Positions 58,429-64,000 of a stretch of 64,000 bases of DNA are shown here, in pieces. The position numbers and the translations under genes were made by a program. The notes beneath the pieces are model-generated. The model was not told the origin of the DNA and searched no databases. It saw only the letters and a list, made by a program, of their open reading frames with translations. Numbering within the stretch: position 1 is the first letter of the stretch; the number at the start of each line of letters is the position of its first letter. This DNA comes from Gemmiger formicilis (GTDB lineage: Bacteria > Bacillota_I > Bacilli_A > RFN20 > CAG-826): positions 12,485-76,484 of the forward strand of contig CAVFXI010000015.1 in the NCBI GenBank assembly GCA_963626345.1, given 5' to 3'.

Positions 58429-59274
58429 TTATAAATGCTTATTTAAAAAATCTCCACTTATTTTTATAGATTTCATTCGTGAATTATCAATGAAATTCTT
58501 GTGTGTTTCTAAGACAACATATTCAACACCATTTTCCTTATCGGTTTTTAATAAAGCTTCAAGATTCATTGTTCCTGTTCCAAGTTCCATTGAATCACTT
58601 TTTAAAATTGGAGTCATATATGGCCCTTTATTTTTAAAGCCTCTATCATTGATATGATGCAATTTCATCCTTTTGCCCAACTTCTCACTTAAAGAATAGA
58701 CATCCACACCCGCTTCACAAGCCCAATATGTATCTAATTCAAAATTAACGTATTTTTCATCAAGATTGCTAATCAAATAGTCATATACGAAATTTCCATC
58801 CGCCAATCTTTTGAATTCGACATTGTGATTATGGTATAAAAGCATTAATCCGCTTTCACTAACCTTTTTTCCAACATCATTTAGTCTTTTTACAAGATTT
58901 TCTAACTCACTAATACTTGAATAATCAAATCTATACATTCCAGTTATTACTAGAAATTTTGTATTAAAAGACTTAGCTTCATTTATTACTTTTTCGGTTT
59001 CCCTTTCAAGTGAACCAAGATCAGTATGTAAACTTGCAACTTCTAAACCAGATTCTTTAATTAAATTGTGCCAATCAAGTTTACCAGCGTTACCACTAGG
59101 CATACCAGCAGCTTTTGTTAAGATGCGAACCAAGAATGGAGTTTTGTGTATCATGTATGAATTTAATTCGATTGCATCGTATCCAATATTTTTTAATTCT
59201 CTTAACAAAGTTAAAGTCTCCCCGTATTTTTTACATAATGGTCCTATCATCATTTGTTGTATAGCTTTTTTCAT
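58429..59274 (-). CDS. sugar phosphate isomerase/epimerase (xylose-isomerase-like TIM barrel)
   Basis: 281 aa with the TIM-barrel AP-endonuclease 2 family pattern. Confidence 0.65.
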   Translation of the reverse strand: MKKAIQQMMIGPLCKKYGETLTLLRELKNIGYDAIELNSYMIHKTPFLVRILTKAAGMPSGNAGKLDWHNLIKESGLEVASLHTDLGSLERETEKVINEAKSFNTKFLVITGMYRFDYSSISELENLVKRLNDVGKKVSESGLMLLYHNHNVEFKRLADGNFVYDYLISNLDEKYVNFELDTYWACEAGVDVYSLSEKLGKRMKLHHINDRGFKNKGPYMTPILKSDSMELGTGTMNLEALLKTDKENGVEYVVLETHKNFIDNSRMKSIKISGDFLNKHL

Positions 59275-59276
59275 AA

Positions 59277-61490
59277 TTACTTTTTAATCCCTTGCAATAT
59301 CTTATTAATTTGCTTAACCATTTCGGGTTTAACTAAATGCCCAGCCATTTTAAAATTATCTTCTAAAGACATATTATCCATTTTTTCTTGCATTTCTTTA
59401 GGGATTTCAACCTTCTTTGAAACATCCCCAAAACTCTTCATTGCCTCACTCATCATTTTTTGATAAATTGGTCCGGCAATTGGGTGTGCTTTAATATCTT
59501 TTACTTTATCTTTTGTAGAAAAATAGCCTTCCTTTAATTCTTTTGATTCTTCAAACCAATTTACTAAAGTAGCCTTATTTTCACAACTATATTTTTCATT
59601 TTCTTTATTTACTTTTTTAATATCCATTTCATCTTCATAATTACCAGATATTACTTTAATATGAAGATCTTTTTCTAAAGGTATTTCAAAAGAAAATACA
59701 GCTTTTCCTTTTTGTTTTGCAATTAATTTGTTATCAACAAATAACGACACTTCTTCTAAATTTGTGTAAACCTTAATTGAAGTACTTTCGCCACTTCTTT
59801 CAATATATCTCTTACCTGCCAAATGGATAAATGGTTCTTTACTTAAATAGGCTTTATAAACATAAAATGCATCTTTTTTAGTTTTCCTATCGAAAGTAAC
59901 AAGTCCTTTTTGGTTCAAACCTTTTTTACCGCCTTCATCTCTAGAATCCGCGGCAAAATCAAACATATTCCATACATGCATTGCCCAAATATATGGTCTT
60001 TCAAGTCTCATTTTAACCATATGCTCATGATATAAAGCTTGATATGTTTCTGAATAATCTCCTTTAATTGGCTCTTTAGATTGATATTCAATATTTGCAT
60101 CAACACCGAATTCACTTAAACCTATTGCAAGATTTGGATAGTCTTTATGAAACTTATCAAACCAAGCATCATTCTCTTCTTTTTCACCAACATACCATCC
60201 ATAATACAAATTGTAACTCCTTAAGTCGGGAAGACTAACAAGAGGAGAATTTGTTTCAAGCATGAATAAATTAGCAATTGTTGTAGGTCTTGTTTTATCA
60301 AGCGAATGAGCAAGATCATTTAATCTTTTATGATTTTCTATTAAATTTTCGGACACTCCTCCAGAAACTGTAATTTCATTACTTAATCCCCAAACAAAAA
60401 TCGATGGGTGATTATAATTTTGAACAATTAATTCCATTAATTGTGACTCGGTATTTTTACAAGCTTCTTCCATATGTTCGCTAATATATGGAATTTCTGC
60501 CCATACAACAAAACCATATTTATCAGCTAATTCATAGATATATTGATCATGCTGATAATGAGCCAATCTAATTGTAGTTGCGCCCATTTCTTTAATGATA
60601 TCCATATCTTCTTTATGCATATCTTTTGTTAAGGCATACCCTACACCTTCTCTATCTTGATGTCTACTTACTCCAATTAAATTGTATGCTTTATCGTTTA
60701 AGAAAAATCCTTTTTCTGAATCAACTCTAAAACTTCTAAATCCAAAATTATCTTCAACCTCATCATTTGGAAGTCTTGCTACAACTTTATATAAATGTGC
60801 ATCATTCAAACCATTCCATAAAACAGGATTTAAAACTTTAAATTCCAAAGAAACATAATTATTATTAATAATTGTTTTTTGTAATCCTACACTATGATTT
60901 TCTTCATCAAAAATTTCGACCTCAATTGGTAAATTATTTGAATTAGAGCAATAAAGTTCAACTTTGACAACGCCATTAACATTTGGTGTTATTTTTAAAC
61001 CATTTCCACCAAAATAATCTAAATCAAAATGTGATTTATCAACTTCAATAAGATTTATATCACGATAAATTCCACCATAAAAAGTAAAATCAGCTACTTG
61101 AGGATAAACTTCTCTACTATAACTATTATCTACATAGCAAACTAAAATATTATCTTTGTCATTCTCAATATACTTTGAAATATTAAATCTAAATCTTGAA
61201 TATCCACCTTTATGTGATCCTATTAAATGGTTATTCAAAAATGCGGTTAAAACCATATTTGCGCCATTAAATTCAAGGTAGATTTCTTTATCTTTGTTTT
61301 CTAACTTTCCTAAATTTTTATAGTAAATACATTCTCCACGATAATAATCTCCGCCACCATCAGCGCCATCTATATTATTCCATGTATGAGGAATCGTAAC
61401 TTGTTCCATCGTTGATGGATTCACTTTTTGTGGAAAACTAATAGTTTTAGTAAAAAACCATTCATTATTAATATTAATTATTCTTCTCAT
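59277..61490 (-). CDS. GH2-family glycoside hydrolase (beta-galactosidase/beta-glucuronidase-like)
   Basis: GH2 sugar-binding domain (INNEWFF...IPHTWN), LNNHLIGSHKGGYSRFRF, and TIM-barrel acid/base region. Start at MRRIININ with an AGGAGGGG SD. Confidence 0.8.
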   Translation of the reverse strand: MRRIININNEWFFTKTISFPQKVNPSTMEQVTIPHTWNNIDGADGGGDYYRGECIYYKNLGKLENKDKEIYLEFNGANMVLTAFLNNHLIGSHKGGYSRFRFNISKYIENDKDNILVCYVDNSYSREVYPQVADFTFYGGIYRDINLIEVDKSHFDLDYFGGNGLKITPNVNGVVKVELYCSNSNNLPIEVEIFDEENHSVGLQKTIINNNYVSLEFKVLNPVLWNGLNDAHLYKVVARLPNDEVEDNFGFRSFRVDSEKGFFLNDKAYNLIGVSRHQDREGVGYALTKDMHKEDMDIIKEMGATTIRLAHYQHDQYIYELADKYGFVVWAEIPYISEHMEEACKNTESQLMELIVQNYNHPSIFVWGLSNEITVSGGVSENLIENHKRLNDLAHSLDKTRPTTIANLFMLETNSPLVSLPDLRSYNLYYGWYVGEKEENDAWFDKFHKDYPNLAIGLSEFGVDANIEYQSKEPIKGDYSETYQALYHEHMVKMRLERPYIWAMHVWNMFDFAADSRDEGGKKGLNQKGLVTFDRKTKKDAFYVYKAYLSKEPFIHLAGKRYIERSGESTSIKVYTNLEEVSLFVDNKLIAKQKGKAVFSFEIPLEKDLHIKVISGNYEDEMDIKKVNKENEKYSCENKATLVNWFEESKELKEGYFSTKDKVKDIKAHPIAGPIYQKMMSEAMKSFGDVSKKVEIPKEMQEKMDNMSLEDNFKMAGHLVKPEMVKQINKILQGIKK

Positions 61491-61499
61491 AACCCCTCC

Positions 61500-61524
61500 T
61501 AAAAGTGAGGGCATAAACCCTCAC
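61500..61524 (-). terminator. intrinsic terminator after the GPH transporter gene
   Basis: Minus strand reads GTGAGGGTTTATGCCCTCAC followed by TTTT. Confidence 0.6.
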
Positions 61525-61532
61525 ATTTTTAG

Positions 61533-63185
61533 TTATTTATTTTCTTCTTTTTCATTCTCGCTCGTGACTTTTTCTTCTTCTCGAGCATCTTTATTCACTT
61601 GTGGCTCTTCCTTCTTCTCATCTAATCCACTGTCTTTTGTTGCTTCAATTTTAAGTTCGGCAATATTCTCTTGAACTTGAACCATTCTTTCTTTGGTTAA
61701 TGAGAATTTTCTCATAGCAAGTTCATTTAATAACCAACCAATAATTGGTAAACCACAATATAAAATAGCAATGATAATTCTGATTCCGATTGTAAGAGGA
61801 TCTCCTGCTTGAGGAATCTTTGATCCAGTATAACCAACAATACCAATTAATAATGTAGCAAACATTGGAGCAACTGAACTAATTAATTTATCAATAAATG
61901 AATAGACAGCTGAGACTGTAGCTGGTAAATATTTTCCAGATCTTTCAAGTTCATAATCAACAACATCCATTCTCATAGCACCAGTTGCAGCACTAACAAC
62001 CATCTTTAAAGCATTATTCCCAAGCATCAAGACGAAGAATAAAATTAATGGTAAACCTATACTTCCTGCGCTCTTTTCAGGAACAAACAATACAAATAAA
62101 GCAAATAATACGTTCCAAGCAATACATGCCCATGACCAAACAATCATGACTTTTCTGTTTCCTTGTTTACCAGCAAGTTTTGCACCAATAAATGCAAAGA
62201 TAATACTTGGAAGCATTGCAATAACCGAAATAATAGCAGAACCAACCATACTTCCTAACAAGACACTAAATAATAATGTTGAAATAACTGATTGAGATGA
62301 AACTGTTTGAGCAAGTTTATCACTTGTTGCAGCAACTAGATATCTTTGGAATTCCTTATTATCTTTTACTAATAACCACATATCTTTAAATGAAACTTTT
62401 GATTTCTTAATGCCTTCAAAATTTTCAGGTTTATCGTATGGAGTTAAGCCAATACAAGTTAAAACTAAAGCTATAAATGAAACACCAACAACAATGAAGT
62501 TAGAATAGAAGAAAACTTCGTTGGTCCATTGGTAATCTGTTGATCCATTTGGTAAAACTGTTGCAATACCAAACTTTGGTAATATTGCAGTAATAATCAC
62601 CATTGAAACAATCATAGGTGAAAGATATGAATAAATTGTTTGCCAGACGCCTAACATTGGTCTTTGTTTTGGATCATTTGTAATAATATTTCCAGTCATA
62701 TTACCAGTACAGCTTACAAAAGTGTAACCAATAATATATAAAGCATAAATTAAAATAAAAACTGTAATGCCTAATGGGCTGGATAATTGTTGAGCTTCAT
62801 CTGAAAATGAAAAATTTCCAGCAAATACGTTACACATTAATGTTGTAGCAATAGCCATTATTAACCAACCCAATACTAAAAAGAAACGCATCTTACCAAA
62901 TTTTGATTTAAACTTTTCAATAAATAATGCGATGATTGGATCTGTAACACTATCGAATACACGTGATAATGTAATAAGAACACCGACGACTCCTGTTGCG
63001 ATAGCATAACCTAAGTTACCTATGTACGCAGCATACCCTAATAAGACATAGAACGCCATTTGAATTACGCCAGTCATTGAACCTAACGCAACATGCCAAG
63101 CCTTAGCCTTTCTATAAGGGTTTTGTTGAACATTTTCTGCCATAAAAATCTCCTTAAATAATATTTGTTTTTTTATTTGTTTCAA
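61533..63185 (-). CDS. MFS transporter of the glycoside-pentoside-hexuronide (GPH) family
   Basis: 550 aa, 12 TM, with a C-terminal acidic tail; GPH-type layout. Confidence 0.7.
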   Translation of the reverse strand: MKQIKKQILFKEIFMAENVQQNPYRKAKAWHVALGSMTGVIQMAFYVLLGYAAYIGNLGYAIATGVVGVLITLSRVFDSVTDPIIALFIEKFKSKFGKMRFFLVLGWLIMAIATTLMCNVFAGNFSFSDEAQQLSSPLGITVFILIYALYIIGYTFVSCTGNMTGNIITNDPKQRPMLGVWQTIYSYLSPMIVSMVIITAILPKFGIATVLPNGSTDYQWTNEVFFYSNFIVVGVSFIALVLTCIGLTPYDKPENFEGIKKSKVSFKDMWLLVKDNKEFQRYLVAATSDKLAQTVSSQSVISTLLFSVLLGSMVGSAIISVIAMLPSIIFAFIGAKLAGKQGNRKVMIVWSWACIAWNVLFALFVLFVPEKSAGSIGLPLILFFVLMLGNNALKMVVSAATGAMRMDVVDYELERSGKYLPATVSAVYSFIDKLISSVAPMFATLLIGIVGYTGSKIPQAGDPLTIGIRIIIAILYCGLPIIGWLLNELAMRKFSLTKERMVQVQENIAELKIEATKDSGLDEKKEEPQVNKDAREEEKVTSENEKEENK

Positions 63186-63258
63186 TACTAAAGGAAAAAA
63201 TAAAAATCTCTTAGAAATAAACTGTTTTAAAATAGTAAAATATTGCTATAATTTTTCT

Positions 63259-64000
63259 ATGATTACTATTTTAGCCAATTTAATAAGGAATGTTTTGGGT
63301 GTAGATGTTTTCGTAATAGATCAAAACCTTGAGAACCTAAAAGATTTTGAAGACGAGGAAAACTATAACCAGTTTTCTATCGATTTAACTTATGAACAAC
63401 TAAAAATATTTTTGCCATCTGTAGAAATCAAAAAATACTATGAATTAGTAGATAACCTAAATCAAAGAGTTTTTATTTTTAAGCAAGAAAATAATTATGT
63501 AATCGTTGGACCATATCTAAAAAATTTCATTGGTGAATTAGAAATCGAAAAAATAGGTTCAATAAATAAAATTCCACCATCATTAATTGATTCATTAAAA
63601 TTTCAATATTTTGGTTTGCCTGTTATTGACTCATATTATTTAGAAAATATTATCAACAGTATTTTAAAATCACTTAATGACAATAAATTTTATCCATATA
63701 CATATCAAAAGATAAATAATTACAAAATAAATAAGCCTATTGAAAGAGAATATAGAGAAAGTAATGTTACCGAAAAAGCAATTTATGATAAATATGAAAT
63801 TGAAAATTCTTTGTTATATCAAGTTGAACATGGTCAAGTTGAGGAAATTAAATTATCTTTAGAAAATATAGCAAACGTTGCAAAAGAAGAATACTTAATT
63901 GATTTCTATACAACTAACCCACAGGCTGCTATGGCTTCATATAGAACATTGATTAGAAAATCAGCCGAAAGATCAGGATTACCTGTTCCTATTATTGATA
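63259..64000 (+). CDS. possible AraC/XylS-type regulator of the glycoside cluster, N-terminal portion (runs off the window)
   Basis: Hand-translated open frame of 247 codons from the ATG at 63259 (MITILANLIRNVLG...), divergent from the transporter/GH operon. No HTH seen yet. Confidence 0.3.
   Translation, partial: MITILANLIRNVLGVDVFVIDQNLENLKDFEDEENYNQFSIDLTYEQLKIFLPSVEIKKYYELVDNLNQRVFIFKQENNYVIVGPYLKNFIGELEIEKIGSINKIPPSLIDSLKFQYFGLPVIDSYYLENIINSILKSLNDNKFYPYTYQKINNYKINKPIEREYRESNVTEKAIYDKYEIENSLLYQVEHGQVEEIKLSLENIANVAKEEYLIDFYTTNPQAAMASYRTLIRKSAERSGLPVPIID

Noticed and set aside
1-64000. CRISPR arrays, IS elements, integrases, rRNA
   Set aside because: No spaced direct-repeat arrays, no transposase/integrase-like ORFs and no rRNA-like GC-rich segments were seen. 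The only structured RNA gene found is tRNA-Ala

Overview
This is an AT-rich (about 70% A+T) bacterial chromosomal segment, low-GC Firmicutes/Mollicutes-like. It uses the standard genetic code: UGA is a stop, shown by an intact prfB programmed +1 frameshift site (CTT TGA). Most of the window is conserved housekeeping blocks. These include ung-speB-like-rex; a Y-family polymerase with a yolD-like partner; folD with a ThyX-like gene and an aminopeptidase; secG; uvrB; prfB-secA; comFC/comFA; rpiB; tsaC; prmC-prfA; dnaX-ybaB-recR-tmk-holB-yaaT-rsmI; pyrG; ROK glucokinase; mntP; and glyA. Accessory content is more interesting. (1) Two PII-like signal proteins sit next to a DUF1538 membrane protein. 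(2) A roughly 4.8 kb all-minus-strand island (37.9-42.7 kb) holds a tightly coupled XRE-HTH / ImmA-IrrE metalloprotease / coiled-coil PD-(D/E)xK-like (RmuC/DUF2130-like) operon driven by a near-consensus sigma70 promoter. It also holds an orphan 232-aa protein, a 77-aa wHTH protein and a membrane-anchored XRE regulator. (3) An IscU/NifU-like protein is paired with a protein carrying the literal GGGTGRT motif. (4) A hypB / YgfK-like 968-aa FeS-flavoprotein / hypA operon is preceded by a perfect 10-bp inverted-repeat operator and has no hydrogenase, urease or CODH structural genes in the window. (5) A glycoside utilisation cluster (GH1, GH43-like, GH78, GH2, uxuA, SDR, sugar isomerase, GPH transporter, a possible AraC-type regulator) fills the last 13 kb. 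Sequence-level oddities are listed under findings. They include a 45-nt leader cassette with a C7 homopolymer duplicated upstream of comFA and an unrelated gene 24.5 kb away. They also include a short intergenic repeat family (ATATACGTTTYGGSC) placed next to terminators, an orphan response regulator with Glu replacing the phospho-acceptor Asp, and a ThyX-like protein with an altered RHR motif. An in-frame A_AAA_AAG heptamer in dnaX and a pyrG GGGC leader are noted too. No CRISPR array, rRNA, transposase or integrase was seen. One tRNA (Ala, anticodon CGC) was found.
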